Source: Squalus acanthias (Eukaryota). From it: 64,000 bases of DNA. The position numbers and the translations under genes are program-made. Shown piece by piece: positions 63,885 through 64,000 of the stretch. The stretch lies in assembly GCA_030390025.1 (NCBI GenBank), contig CM059431.1:149050001-149114000 (forward strand), given 5' to 3'. The notes beneath the pieces were generated by a model. It was not told the origin of the DNA and did no database searches. It worked only from the letters and a program-made list of their open reading frames with translations. Numbering within the stretch: the stretch's first letter is position 1; each line of letters opens with the position of its first letter.

Positions 63885-64000
63885 GGGTACGGTAGCATAG
63901 TGGTTATGCTGCTGGACTAGTAAACCAGATACCTGGACAGATGATCCAAAGTCCACCAGCTGGGGAATTTAAATTAAATTAATTAAGCAATTCAGTTTGA
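63885..64000 (+). mobile_element. 5' part of the same tRNA-derived SINE, adjoining a LINE 3' fragment (63690-63884)
   Basis: GGGTACGGTAGCATAGTGGTTATG..CTGGACTAGTAA matches the 41270 SINE head. Confidence 0.8.

Overview
Repeat-dense eukaryotic genomic DNA, most likely a cartilaginous fish (inferred from the CR1/SINE/satellite types and a GPR139-like exon). Layout: (1) 1-6978: two head-to-head PIF/Harbinger DNA transposons. The second is complete (TAT TSD, open 386-aa DDE transposase, 3-exon Myb/SANT-like gene) and contains a nested 772-bp MITE. (2) 8239-16987: an 8.75-kb insert bounded by Harbinger-like TIRs and an ATA TSD. It carries a decayed 28S rDNA segment with a 5'-truncated R2 retrotransposon at the canonical R2 site; the R2 is itself interrupted by a CR1 tail and a second MITE. 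(3) Three of the TIR-element insertions fall at the same register (T-R-T) of the CR1 3' octamer repeat, suggesting a target preference. (4) 17-36 kb: CR1 fragments, long TC/GA low-complexity tracts and a near full-length CR1. (5) 36.6-52.8 kb: a 16-kb ~80-bp satellite whose monomer contains a tRNA T-arm/B-box-like hairpin, interrupted by a SINE and three copies of a unique module. (6) 53-64 kb: LINE/SINE debris and exon 1 of a GPR139-like GPCR. Most ORFs in the supplied track are artefacts of repeats. Boundaries of old repeats are approximate; no database searches were run.
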